A stretch of 64,000 nt of DNA from Thermoanaerobaculia bacterium (GTDB lineage: Bacteria > Acidobacteriota > Thermoanaerobaculia > Gp7-AA8): NCBI GenBank assembly GCA_035996815.1, contig DASYJF010000145.1, forward strand, positions 24,345-88,344. The letters are read 5' to 3'. This document shows, piece by piece, positions 1 to 9,525 of this stretch (position 1 is the first letter of the stretch; every line of letters begins with the position of its first letter). The notes beneath the pieces are model-generated. The model was not told where the DNA came from and searched no databases. It was given only the letters and a program-made list of their open reading frames with translations. The position numbers and the translations under genes were made by a program.

Positions 1-80
1 CATTCTATCGCGAGCGATTTCTACATCCGGCAAGTCTGCTGGTGCGTAGTGGACGCGTTGAGTAAAATCGAAGCGCAATC

Positions 81-992
81 ATGAAATCTCGATTCTTCTT
101 TTCCGCGGCGCTGCTGCTTTGCGCCACCACAGGCTTCGCAAATCCGCCGCGCATCACATTCATGCGGACGATGGCGCCTGCACACGATCTCGCGCCGGCG
201 GAGAGTCTGGCCGTCATCTACGCGATCGGCGATAGCAACAAGATCGAGGGCTTCGTCGAACACTTCGTCGATCTCGTCGCGCGCGCCGGTCTTCTGCGCA
301 TCGCCAACGCTGTCGAGAATAACCACCACATGCTCGTCGACGATCTTTCGCTGCGCACCGTCCGCCGCGCGCATCCCGCGGACGCGTACCTCGGCATCAA
401 TCGTTTCACGTGCATTGGTACGGAGAGGAGTGCTGAAGGAAGCGAATACCTCGACAGCGGTGATCGCGTGAAGCGGATGCATCACTGGATCGACGCCGTC
501 TGCTCCGCGCGTATCGACGTGCTGAGCTCCGAGGGGAAGAAGATTTTGTCGTACACGGCGCGGGGCGAAGGGACCTCGCCGCGAGCGGTTTCGCTGTCGC
601 CAGACGAGCGCGATGTCGCGTTCGAACAAGCCGCGCGTTACGCCGCGGTCAGTGCGGCCGAGGGAATCACGCCGAGGTCGGTGCGCGAGACGATTGAACT
701 GGATGAGAACGCCCCGTCATTCGACGACGGATTTTCGATGGTGAGCTCGGAGCGGCTTGAAGATGCCCGCGCAATCTGGCAGGCAGCAGCAGTCCGTCAT
801 CGCAATTCCGCGCCGCTCTACTTCAACCTCGGCGCAGTCTCCGAAGCGATCGGCGATTTCAACGCTGCACGCGACTACTACGAGAAGGCGGCGAGCCTGT
901 CGCCGAAAGAACGCCGCTACGCAACGGAACTGCGGCTCTTCCATCGCCGCAATCTCACCGCAAATGAAAAGGCCGCCCGACGGCGGCCCTGA
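81..992 (+). CDS. Secreted hypothetical protein with a C-terminal TPR-like repeat
   Basis: N-terminal signal peptide (MKSRFFFSAALLLCATTGFA). C-terminal YFNLGAVSEAIGDFNAARDYYEKAASLSP is TPR-like. No other recognisable motif. Confidence 0.45.
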   Translation: MKSRFFFSAALLLCATTGFANPPRITFMRTMAPAHDLAPAESLAVIYAIGDSNKIEGFVEHFVDLVARAGLLRIANAVENNHHMLVDDLSLRTVRRAHPADAYLGINRFTCIGTERSAEGSEYLDSGDRVKRMHHWIDAVCSARIDVLSSEGKKILSYTARGEGTSPRAVSLSPDERDVAFEQAARYAAVSAAEGITPRSVRETIELDENAPSFDDGFSMVSSERLEDARAIWQAAAVRHRNSAPLYFNLGAVSEAIGDFNAARDYYEKAASLSPKERRYATELRLFHRRNLTANEKAARRRP

Positions 993-1040
993 TACTGAGC
1001 CGGAATGTTCGTCGCCTAAGAACGTTCTTAAAAGGCTCAA

Positions 1041-2675
1041 ATGACAGCACTTCCAACAGTTACGCCGCTGTCGAGCGCAGCCGCTGAACTCAGCCGCGAA
1101 GTCGCTCGCCGGCGCACGTTCGCCATCATTTCTCATCCAGACGCCGGCAAGACGACGCTGACGGAGAAGCTGCTGCTGTACGGCGGCGCGATCGAAATGG
1201 CCGGCGCCGTCCGCGCGCGCAAAGGGCAGCGCCACGCGACGTCCGACTGGATGGCGATGGAGCAGACGCGCGGTATCTCCATCACATCAACCGCGCTGCA
1301 GTTCGAATACGAGGGCTATTGCCTCAATCTGCTCGACACGCCCGGCCACGAGGATTTCAGCGAGGACACGTATCGAACGCTGGCCGCGACCGACAGCGCA
1401 GTGATGGTGCTCGATTCAGCAAAGGGCATCGAGCCGCAGACCCGCAAGCTGTTCGAAGTCTGCCGCATGCGCCAGATCCCGATCATCTGTTTCATCAACA
1501 AGCTCGATCATCCCGGCCGCGATCCGTTCGAGTTGCTGAGCGAGATCGAGAAGGAGCTGCACGTCGGCGCGGTGCCGATGAACTGGCCGATCGGCAGCGG
1601 CCCGAATTTTCAGGGCGTGTTCGACCTGCGCAAGCAACAGGTGCTCCGCTTCGCGCGCGCCGCGCACGGAGCCTCGGTCGCTGCGGTGACGGTCGGCGGC
1701 CTCGACGATCCGAAGCTCGAAGACGAAATCGGACCGACGGCGTGGCAGGAGCTTCGCGAAGCCGCGGAGCTGCTGTCCGGCGCCGGGGTCTTATTTGATC
1801 GCACTGAGTTCAATCACGGCCGAGTAATCCCGGTCTACTTCGGCAGCGCGATCAACAACTTCGGCGTCCAGCCGTTTCTCGATGCGCTGCTCGAATTCGC
1901 GCCTCCGCCCGCGCCGCGCATCGCACATGTCGGCGGCGAGGAGACGATCGTCGAAGCGACCAGCGACACGTTCACGGGCTTCGTCTTCAAAATCCAGGCG
2001 AACATGGACAAGCGTCATCGCGACCGGCTGGCGTTCATGCGTGTCTGCTCGGGGGTCTTCGAAAAGGACATGCTCGTTCACCACTCGCGGCTGAACCGCG
2101 AAGTTCGCATGACGCGTCCGCACAGGCTTTTCGCCCGCGAGCGCGAGACGATTGATCTGGCCTACCCCGGCGACGTGATCGGCTTCGTCAATCCCGGCCT
2201 TTTTCACATCGGCGATGCGGTTTCGTCCGGTGCGCCCGTCGAGTTCGCACCGATTCCGCGCTTCGCGCCGGAGCACTTCGCAACTCTGCGCGCGAAGCAG
2301 GTCACGCGGCAGAAGCAGTTCCAGAAAGGCCTCGCGCAACTCGAGGAAGAAGGCGTCATGCAGGTGCTCTCGCCGCACGAAGGATTGCGCAGCGAGCCGA
2401 TTCTGGCCGTCGTCGGCGAGCTGCAGTTCGACGTGATGCAGTCGCGGCTGGAGAGCGAGTACAACGTCGAAACGACGGTGACGGCGCTGCCGTACAAACT
2501 GGCGCGCTGGATCGACCGCGACGTTCACGAGGTGGCCACCAAACTGAATCTGCCCAGCCGCAGCAAGATCTGCATCGACAGCGCCGGCAGGGCGGTGGTG
2601 CTTTTCAGTTCGCAGTGGGAATTGGACTACGCCGAGAAGGAAAACCCGTCAGTCACGTTCCTTTTGGCTGCGTAG
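1041..2675 (+). CDS. prfC: Peptide chain release factor 3 (translational GTPase)
   Basis: RRTFAIISHPDAGKTTLTEKLLL P-loop, DTPGHEDF and NKLD GTPase motifs. Length 544 aa and layout match RF3. Confidence 0.9.
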   Translation: MTALPTVTPLSSAAAELSREVARRRTFAIISHPDAGKTTLTEKLLLYGGAIEMAGAVRARKGQRHATSDWMAMEQTRGISITSTALQFEYEGYCLNLLDTPGHEDFSEDTYRTLAATDSAVMVLDSAKGIEPQTRKLFEVCRMRQIPIICFINKLDHPGRDPFELLSEIEKELHVGAVPMNWPIGSGPNFQGVFDLRKQQVLRFARAAHGASVAAVTVGGLDDPKLEDEIGPTAWQELREAAELLSGAGVLFDRTEFNHGRVIPVYFGSAINNFGVQPFLDALLEFAPPPAPRIAHVGGEETIVEATSDTFTGFVFKIQANMDKRHRDRLAFMRVCSGVFEKDMLVHHSRLNREVRMTRPHRLFARERETIDLAYPGDVIGFVNPGLFHIGDAVSSGAPVEFAPIPRFAPEHFATLRAKQVTRQKQFQKGLAQLEEEGVMQVLSPHEGLRSEPILAVVGELQFDVMQSRLESEYNVETTVTALPYKLARWIDRDVHEVATKLNLPSRSKICIDSAGRAVVLFSSQWELDYAEKENPSVTFLLAA

Positions 2676-2762
2676 CGCGACAGAGCTTTTCACGCGGAGA
2701 CGCGGGGGCGCGGAGAAACCCGAATCCTCCTCCGCGTCTCCGCGACTCCGCGTGAAAAACGT
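2676..2762. repeat. Dispersed ~87-bp palindromic element, copy A, at the convergent junction prfC / GT39-like gene
   Basis: Internal inverted repeat ttttcacgcggagacgcgg / ccgcgactccgcgtgaaaa. Near-identical copy at 9430-9518. Confidence 0.6.
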
Positions 2763-4345
2763 CACCTTCGAAGCAGCATCGCGTTGAATCGCTCGCCGCG
2801 CCAGATGTTCTCAACGTGGTACTGCGCGCGCAGCAGCGCACCAGCCCGAAGGTCGTAATCGATGCCGAAGCCGCGCGCGCCGTACTCGCGCAGATCGCGG
2901 CTGACCATCAACACGCGATCAGGAGGATGCATCGTCAGCTCGCGCACGATCGCATCCTCCGTTTGCGGCGCATCGACTTCCACCGGCGTAAACGTGTGAA
3001 AGGAAAGTGTGGTCGGCACGTTCGCCAGATAGTTGATGGTGATGCCTTCCGGGATCACCGCCAGCGTCCCGCCCTGCACCGCGCCGATGACGCTGTTCAG
3101 CGTTCGCGCCCGATCAGCGTTCCAATCGTAAAAGATTCCCCGCGGCGACACGATCGCGTACCGCTTCTCCGCGTAGCGTTCGTGCTGTTGCCAGAGATCG
3201 CCGCCGGCGTTCGCGACGAATGGCGCGAGCCACAGGATGGCCATCACGTTCCGCCGCGGCAGATAGCAGAACAACGTGTATGCGGCCAGTGCGATCGTCG
3301 GAACCGTGAGCACGAAGCCGTACCAGGACGGCGAAACGTTCAACGGAATCCGGAGCGTGCAGGCCACCGAAAAGGCCGCGAAAATCACCAGCGGGCTCTC
3401 GCGGTCGCGCACGAGCGCCCATCCGAGCGCGATCCATTGCAGCACCGCCCAGGCCCGGAAGAAGGAATGGTCAGCGATCAGAACGGCAACGATCACGATG
3501 GCAATCGCCGCTAGCCAATGCCGCCATCGCTGCAGAAACAGAATCGCCGCGATGCCGGCAATGCCGGCGGCGATCTGCAGCAGTTGACCGCGCCAATCGG
3601 CGAATCCTGAGACGACCTCGAAGAAGTGCTTCGCCCGAGCACCGTGCTGCCACGCCGCAAAGACGTTCTCGCTCCACCAGTGCGTGTCGCGAAAGTAAAA
3701 CGCGACCGCCGCGATTGTCGCGATCATCGCGACGCAGTACGCCGCCAGTTGTCGCCACGAAATCCGCCTCGCTATCGTCAGGATGATTACGATCAACAAC
3801 CCCGCGACCGCGTACTCAAGCTTGCACCACGACGCCACTACCAGCGCGCTGATCGCGATCGCGTGCCGCGCGTGTACGAACGCGGCGAGCGCGATGCACA
3901 ACAACGTCATCCCTATCGTCACGCCGTAGCTGTACGGGAAGATGAAATTCGCGCCCCACGTCGACGCGCCGCAGAAGCACGTCGCCGCGAATGTCAGCGT
4001 CGCCGCGAATGCCGGCAACGGACGCCGTAACGCAATCCACAGCGATGCAGCAATCGTCGCCGACTGCGCGATCCCGATCGCCACATACGCCGTCAGCGAG
4101 TGACCGATCGCGCCGGTGATGAGCGCCAGCAAATACGGCGCAAGCGGCGGATATTGATAGCGGATGTCGCGATACAACTTCGCGCCGCGCGCAATCTGCT
4201 CCGGGATGTACAGATCGCGCCCCGTATCGATGATCGGATCGAGCCAGCGAGCGTAGGACTGGATGAATGCGAGCGCGGCGACGACAACAACGATTCCGAT
4301 GAAGACGGGTGTCAGGTGTCGGCTGTCAGGTGTCGGAGACTCATC
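2762..4345 (-). CDS. Polytopic membrane protein, GT39/ArnT-like glycosyltransferase fold (start uncertain, probably GTG)
   Basis: More than 10 predicted TM helices followed by a soluble C-terminal domain. The N-terminal 297 codons of the track ORF 2762..5275 overlap the upstream gene and are R/G-rich, so they were trimmed. Confidence 0.45.
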   Translation of the reverse strand, partial: DESPTPDSRHLTPVFIGIVVVVAALAFIQSYARWLDPIIDTGRDLYIPEQIARGAKLYRDIRYQYPPLAPYLLALITGAIGHSLTAYVAIGIAQSATIAASLWIALRRPLPAFAATLTFAATCFCGASTWGANFIFPYSYGVTIGMTLLCIALAAFVHARHAIAISALVVASWCKLEYAVAGLLIVIILTIARRISWRQLAAYCVAMIATIAAVAFYFRDTHWWSENVFAAWQHGARAKHFFEVVSGFADWRGQLLQIAAGIAGIAAILFLQRWRHWLAAIAIVIVAVLIADHSFFRAWAVLQWIALGWALVRDRESPLVIFAAFSVACTLRIPLNVSPSWYGFVLTVPTIALAAYTLFCYLPRRNVMAILWLAPFVANAGGDLWQQHERYAEKRYAIVSPRGIFYDWNADRARTLNSVIGAVQGGTLAVIPEGITINYLANVPTTLSFHTFTPVEVDAPQTEDAIVRELTMHPPDRVLMVSRDLREYGARGFGIDYDLRAGALLRAQYHVENIWRGERFNAMLLRR

Positions 4346-4383
4346 TCCCACGCCCAACTCCCGACTCCCCACTCCCCCGAATC

Positions 4384-5553
4384 TCACTCTTTCATCGTCT
4401 CCGGATCCACGCCCAGACTCCGGCATAGATCGACGTACGCAAACGGCGAAATCTCCGACGGCTTGATCTCGCTGCGGCCGCCCCAGAAAACGTTCGTGTA
4501 CGACACCGGCATCCCGATCTCGGCGAGGTAGTCGTCGATGGCGGCCTTGTGCGCGAGCACCGCATCCTTCTCCGTTCCGTGCGCGACCGCCATGATGTTC
4601 ACGTTGCGGAACTCCGGCCCCCCCTCGCGCCAGTAGCAATGCGTGAGGATGTCGAAGCGGCCGATCTCGCGCCCCGCCTCGATCTCGCGTCCCGGCGGCA
4701 CGGCCCAGTGGAACAGCGCGTTGAAACGCGTCACGCGTTCGCCGGTCTGCAGCGGCTTCACGTGCTCGAGAAACGTCGAGAAGCGCCCGATGACCTTGCG
4801 CGCGTTGAGCGACTCCGCCACTTCGAAGAATTGCTCCAGCGGCACTCCCGCTTCGGCGGCGCGAGTACGCCAGAGATCGCGCGTGAACTCCTCCGGCTCG
4901 ACCTCTCTCTTCAACGCGGTCAGCACGCGCCAATCGAGATCGGTCAGCGTCGCCTTGGTCGTGTCCTTCTCCTCGGCCAGTGCATCCGATTTCGATCCCG
5001 GCTCCATCCCCTTGCGGCGGACGTGACCGACGCCGAGGGCGAAGATGCGGTTCGCGGGCATCACGCGGAAATGTTCGGCGCCGGTGAGGCGGCCGATCAA
5101 AGCGCAATGCTTCTCGATCGAATACCCCTGCGGCACTTTCACCGTCGTCCACAACCGGTAGTTCGATCCGGGCGTAGCGGCGTCGGTGGAACGGATGACC
5201 ACGTGGCCGGAGAACGGATCGTCGTCCACCATGTACGCGAACGCCTCGTTGAGCTTCTCCTCCGGATACTGCCACGCCACCAGCGCACCCTCGGCGAGAT
5301 TCGTCGCCATCAGCGTCTGCCTTACTCGACGAATGGTCCCAGCGACGAGCATCGCCCGGATGCGCTCCATGACCGTCTCCGCATCGACGCCCGACTGCTC
5401 CGCGATCGTCCCGATCGGATCGCGCACGAATCCCTGAATGCGATCCTCGGAAACGGCCAGGATCTTCGCGTTGACGGGATCGGTATGGGCGATGGGGAGG
5501 TCAGTAACCGTGGACATAACGCTTCGAAGATTATCATGCAGGCCGTTTGACAA
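4384..5553 (-). CDS. Tandem Lrp/AsnC-like (HTH + ligand-binding) two-module protein, AhbAB/NirDL-like architecture
   Basis: Two repeated modules, each with an HTH-like segment (…AKILAVSEDRIQGFVRDPIGTIAEQSGVDAETVMERI… and …LDWRVLTALKREVEPEEFTRDLWRTRAAEAGVPLEQF…). Family assignment is tentative. Confidence 0.4.
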   Translation of the reverse strand: MSNGLHDNLRSVMSTVTDLPIAHTDPVNAKILAVSEDRIQGFVRDPIGTIAEQSGVDAETVMERIRAMLVAGTIRRVRQTLMATNLAEGALVAWQYPEEKLNEAFAYMVDDDPFSGHVVIRSTDAATPGSNYRLWTTVKVPQGYSIEKHCALIGRLTGAEHFRVMPANRIFALGVGHVRRKGMEPGSKSDALAEEKDTTKATLTDLDWRVLTALKREVEPEEFTRDLWRTRAAEAGVPLEQFFEVAESLNARKVIGRFSTFLEHVKPLQTGERVTRFNALFHWAVPPGREIEAGREIGRFDILTHCYWREGGPEFRNVNIMAVAHGTEKDAVLAHKAAIDDYLAEIGMPVSYTNVFWGGRSEIKPSEISPFAYVDLCRSLGVDPETMKE

Positions 5554-5582
5554 CGCTTCGCGCGCTGCCTTACCCTCACCGC

Positions 5583-5665
5583 TCCTGGACTGATTTGCGG
5601 GGCCGCTTGCAACCAGGTTAAAAAAAGCTAAAGAGCCGGCAGTAGGCCGTTCGACTCCGACTGAA
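5583..5665 (+). ncRNA. Candidate SAM-II/SAH-class riboswitch aptamer in the metH leader
   Basis: Putative promoter TTGACA(5547)-17 nt-TACCCT(5571). Hairpin cctgg…ccagg whose loop contains GCTTGC, and a 3' tail AAAAAAGCTAAAGAGC able to pair with the loop (pseudoknot), as I remember the SAM-II architecture. metH is a classic SAM-II/SAH riboswitch target. Confidence 0.35.
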
Positions 5666-5699
5666 GCCCCGCAATTTCAAGCGGGGCTTTTTCTTTTCT
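5666..5699 (+). terminator. Intrinsic terminator/attenuator hairpin 11 nt before the metH start codon
   Basis: gccccgc-aatttcaa-gcggggc stem-loop followed by a tttttcttttct U-tract. Confidence 0.6.
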
Positions 5700-5710
5700 G
5701 GAGATTCCGA

Positions 5711-8700
5711 ATGCCACAACCCGACCGTACCGCCGAACTTCGCGAACTGCTCGACCGCCGCATCCTCATTCTCGACGGCGCGATGGGGACGATGATCCAG
5801 CGCTACCGGCTCGATGAAGCCGGCTATCGCGGAACACAGTTCGCGACGCATTCGCGCGATCTCAAAGGCGCCAACGACATCCTCTGTCTCACGAATCCGA
5901 AGATCGTCGAAGAGATCCATCGCCAATATCTCGACGCCGGCGCCGACATCATCGAGACCAACACGTTCAACGCGCAGGCGATCTCGTTGGCCGATTACGA
6001 CCTCGTCGAATACGCCTACGACATCAACCTCGCCGCCGCGCGGCTTGCACGCGCCGCGTGCGACGCGTACTCGACTGCGGACCGTCCGCGTTTCGTGGCC
6101 GGCTCGCTCGGGCCGACCAACCGCACGGCCTCGCTCTCGCCCGACGTCAACAACCCTGCGTTTCGCGGCGTGTCGTTCGACGAGCTGGTCGACGCCTACT
6201 ACGACCAGATTCGCGGCCTCGTCGACGGCGGCTCAGACATCCTCATGCCGGAGACGACGTTCGATACGCTCAACCTCAAGGCCGCGCTCTTCGCGATCGA
6301 AAAGTACTTCGCCGACACCGGCATCCGCCTGCCGATCATCGCCTCGATCACCATCACCGACGCCTCGGGACGCACGCTTTCCGGACAGACCGTCGAAGCG
6401 TGCTGGAACTCGATCTCGCACGCGCCGCTCCTCGCCACCGGTATCAACTGCGCCCTCGGCGCGAAGGAGATGCGCCCGCACATCGAAGAGCTGGCGTCGA
6501 TCGCGCCGGTCTACCTCAGTTGCTATCCGAACGCCGGCCTTCCGAACGCGCTCGGCGAGTACGACCAGACGCCCGACGAGATGGCCGCGCTGCTGCACGA
6601 ATACGCCGGCAACAGCTGGATCAACATCGTCGGCGGCTGTTGCGGCACGACGCCCGATTTCGTTCGCGCCATCGCCGAAACCGTGAAGAGCTTTCCGCCG
6701 CGGAAGCCGCCGGTCATCGAGAAGCATCTGCGGCTCAGCGGACTGGAAGCGCTCACCGTCACGCCGGAGTCGAACTTCATCATGGTCGGCGAGCGCACCA
6801 ACGTCACCGGCTCGCCGAAGTTCGCGCAGCTCATCAAAGCAGGCGACATCGAGCCGGCGCTGGCAATCGCCAAACAGCAGATCGACGGCGGCGCGAACAT
6901 CCTCGACGTCAACATGGACGAGGGACTGCTCGACTCTGAGAAAGTGATGACGCACTTTCTGCACCTTGTCGCTTCGGAGCCAGACATCGCCCGCGTCCCG
7001 ATCATGATCGACTCGTCGAAATGGACGGTGCTCGAAGCGGGACTGAAATGCACGCAGGGAAAATCAGTCGTCAATTCGATCTCGCTGAAAGAGGGCGAAG
7101 AGAAGTTTCGCGAGCAGGCCCGCCTCATCAAACGCTACGGCGCGGCGGTGATCGTGATGGCGTTCGACGAACAGGGCCAGGCTGATTCGATCGAGCGCAA
7201 AGTCGCAATCTGTTCGCGGGCGTACGCGATCCTCGTCGACGAAGTTGGTTTCGATCCGACCGACGTCATCTTCGATCCGAATGTCCTCACCGTCGCCACC
7301 GGAATCGAAGAGCACAACAACTACGGCGTCGCCTTCATCGAAGCCGTCCGCCAGCTGCACGAGCGTTTTCCGCTGGCCAGTTTCTCCGGCGGCATCAGCA
7401 ACGTCTCGTTCTCATTCCGCGGCAACAAGACCGTGCGCGAGGCCATGCACGCCGCGTTTCTCTACCACGCCATCAAAGCCGGCCTGACCATGGGAATCGT
7501 CAACGCCGGGCAACTCGCGATTTACGACGAGATTCCGCCGGAGCTGCGCGATCTCGTCGAAGACGTACTGCTGAATCGCCGTTCCGACGCCACCGAGCGT
7601 CTGCTCACGTACGCCGATTCGATCAAAGGCCAAGGCGCAACGACCGCGAAGGAAGCAGAAGCGTGGCGCAGCGGAACCATCGAAGAGCGGCTCTCACACT
7701 CGCTCGTCAAGGGAATCATCGAGCACCTCGATGACGACGTCGAAGAAGCGCGGCAGAAGTATCCAAGCGCTCTCTCGATCATCGAAGGGCCGCTGATGGA
7801 CGGCATGAACGTCGTCGGCAATCTCTTCGGCGCCGGCAAGATGTTTCTCCCGCAGGTCGTAAAGAGCGCGCGCGTCATGAAGAAGGCGGTCGCGTATCTG
7901 CTGCCGTTCATGGAAGCGGAGAAAGCGAAAGCCGGCGATCTCTCACAGCGCGGCAAAGTGCTGATGGCGACGGTGAAGGGCGACGTTCACGACATCGGCA
8001 AGAACATCGTCGGCGTCGTTCTCGGCTGCAACAACTACGAAGTCATCGACCTCGGCGTGATGGTTTCGGCCGACAAGATTCTCGACACCGCCATTGCCGA
8101 AAAGGCCGACATCATCGGCCTCTCCGGCCTGATCACGCCGTCGCTCGATGAGATGGTTCACGTGGCGCGCGAGATGGAACGCCGCAGCTTCACCGTCCCG
8201 ATGCTCATCGGCGGAGCCACCACTTCCAAATTGCACACCGCCGTGAAAATCGCGCCGCGCTATTCGCACGCGACCGTCCACGTGCTCGACGCCTCGCGCG
8301 CCGTCGGCGTGGTCAGCACGCTGCTCTCCGATCGCAAGGACGAATTCGTCCGCGAGCGCAACGCCGAGTACGAGCATCTCCGCGAAGCGCAGGCCAAACG
8401 TCAGGATGTGGTGAAGATCCTGCCGCTCGAAACCGCGCGCCGCCGCAAACCATCGCTCACCTTTTCTCCCGACCGTCCACCCTTCCTCGGCGTGCGCGTT
8501 CTCGATGACGTTCCACTCGAACGCATCGAGCCGTTCATCGACTGGAATCCGTTCTTTTCCGCGTGGGAACTGCGCGGGCGCTTCCCGCAGATCCTCGACG
8601 AGCCGCGCGCGAAAGAGCTGTACGAAGACGGCCAGCACCTGCTGCGCGAGATCATCGACAACCGCCTGATCCGCGCCACCGCCGTCTACGGTTTCTGGCC

Positions 8701-9430
8701 CGCGAATTCAGTCAGTGACGATATCGAGCTTTACTCCGACGAATCGCGCAGCAACGTCATCGCCCGCTTCCACACGCTGCGGCAACAGCAGGAAACGAAC
8801 ACCGGCCAGAACTTCGCCCTCTCCGATTTCATCGCACCGAAGGAGAGCGGCATCATCGACTACGTTGGCGGCTTCGCCGTCACCGCCGGCATTGGAGTCG
8901 GCGACGTCGTCGCTCGATTCGAAAAAGATCACGACGACTACAACGCCATCATGACCAAAGCGCTCGCCGATCGTTTGGCCGAGGGGTTGACAGAGCTGCT
9001 GCACAAAGAGACGCGCGCCGGGTGGTACGCGCCGGATGAAAACCTGTCGAGCGACGAACTGATCGCCGAAAAGTATCGAGGCATCCGTCCCGCGCCCGGA
9101 TATCCCGCCTCGCCCGACCACACCGAAAAAGCCACACTCTTCTCACTCCTCGGCGCCGAGCGCGCCGGAATCGAACTGACCGAAAACTTCGCCATGATGC
9201 CCGCCGCTTCCGTCAGCGGCCTGTACTTCGCGCATCCGCAATCGAAATACTTCGCCGTCGGCAAAATCGGACGCGACCAGGTCGCGGATTACCACGTCCG
9301 CAAAGACATGCCGCTGCCAGCGATCGAACGCTGGCTCGCGCCGGCCCTGGCGTACGAGCCGGAGCAAGCCCCGGATCCAACTGTCTGCTCCTGCGGCGCT
9401 ACGCATGGTGCTGTCGCGGCAAAGAGCTAA
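5711..9430 (+). CDS. metH: Cobalamin-dependent methionine synthase
   Basis: 1239 aa. Hcy-binding [11 protein letters not shown], pterin-binding, B12-binding ([11 protein letters not shown]) and AdoMet-activation domains are all recognisable. Confidence 0.95.
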   Translation: MPQPDRTAELRELLDRRILILDGAMGTMIQRYRLDEAGYRGTQFATHSRDLKGANDILCLTNPKIVEEIHRQYLDAGADIIETNTFNAQAISLADYDLVEYAYDINLAAARLARAACDAYSTADRPRFVAGSLGPTNRTASLSPDVNNPAFRGVSFDELVDAYYDQIRGLVDGGSDILMPETTFDTLNLKAALFAIEKYFADTGIRLPIIASITITDASGRTLSGQTVEACWNSISHAPLLATGINCALGAKEMRPHIEELASIAPVYLSCYPNAGLPNALGEYDQTPDEMAALLHEYAGNSWINIVGGCCGTTPDFVRAIAETVKSFPPRKPPVIEKHLRLSGLEALTVTPESNFIMVGERTNVTGSPKFAQLIKAGDIEPALAIAKQQIDGGANILDVNMDEGLLDSEKVMTHFLHLVASEPDIARVPIMIDSSKWTVLEAGLKCTQGKSVVNSISLKEGEEKFREQARLIKRYGAAVIVMAFDEQGQADSIERKVAICSRAYAILVDEVGFDPTDVIFDPNVLTVATGIEEHNNYGVAFIEAVRQLHERFPLASFSGGISNVSFSFRGNKTVREAMHAAFLYHAIKAGLTMGIVNAGQLAIYDEIPPELRDLVEDVLLNRRSDATERLLTYADSIKGQGATTAKEAEAWRSGTIEERLSHSLVKGIIEHLDDDVEEARQKYPSALSIIEGPLMDGMNVVGNLFGAGKMFLPQVVKSARVMKKAVAYLLPFMEAEKAKAGDLSQRGKVLMATVKGDVHDIGKNIVGVVLGCNNYEVIDLGVMVSADKILDTAIAEKADIIGLSGLITPSLDEMVHVAREMERRSFTVPMLIGGATTSKLHTAVKIAPRYSHATVHVLDASRAVGVVSTLLSDRKDEFVRERNAEYEHLREAQAKRQDVVKILPLETARRRKPSLTFSPDRPPFLGVRVLDDVPLERIEPFIDWNPFFSAWELRGRFPQILDEPRAKELYEDGQHLLREIIDNRLIRATAVYGFWPANSVSDDIELYSDESRSNVIARFHTLRQQQETNTGQNFALSDFIAPKESGIIDYVGGFAVTAGIGVGDVVARFEKDHDDYNAIMTKALADRLAEGLTELLHKETRAGWYAPDENLSSDELIAEKYRGIRPAPGYPASPDHTEKATLFSLLGAERAGIELTENFAMMPAASVSGLYFAHPQSKYFAVGKIGRDQVADYHVRKDMPLPAIERWLAPALAYEPEQAPDPTVCSCGATHGAVAAKS

Positions 9431-9518
9431 AAGCTTTTCACGCGGAGTCGCGGGGTCGCGGAGAAAAGCTCTCAACCTCCGCGTCTCCGCGTCTCCGCGC
9501 GAAAAGGTTCTCTGTCGC
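9430..9518. repeat. Dispersed ~87-bp palindromic element, copy B, at the convergent junction metH / TPR gene
   Basis: agcttttcacgcggagtcgcggggtcgcggagaaa…cctccgcgtctccgcgtctccgcgcgaaaagg. About 85% identical to copy A and ends with the inverted form of copy A's start. Confidence 0.6.
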
Positions 9519-9525
9519 TTGAACG

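Noticed and set aside
4384-5275. First 297 codons of the long minus ORF 2762..5275
   Set aside because: They overlap the well-formed 4384..5553 gene, are Arg/Gly-rich as antisense-type translation is, and contain no membrane segments. The gene was trimmed to the TM-rich part.
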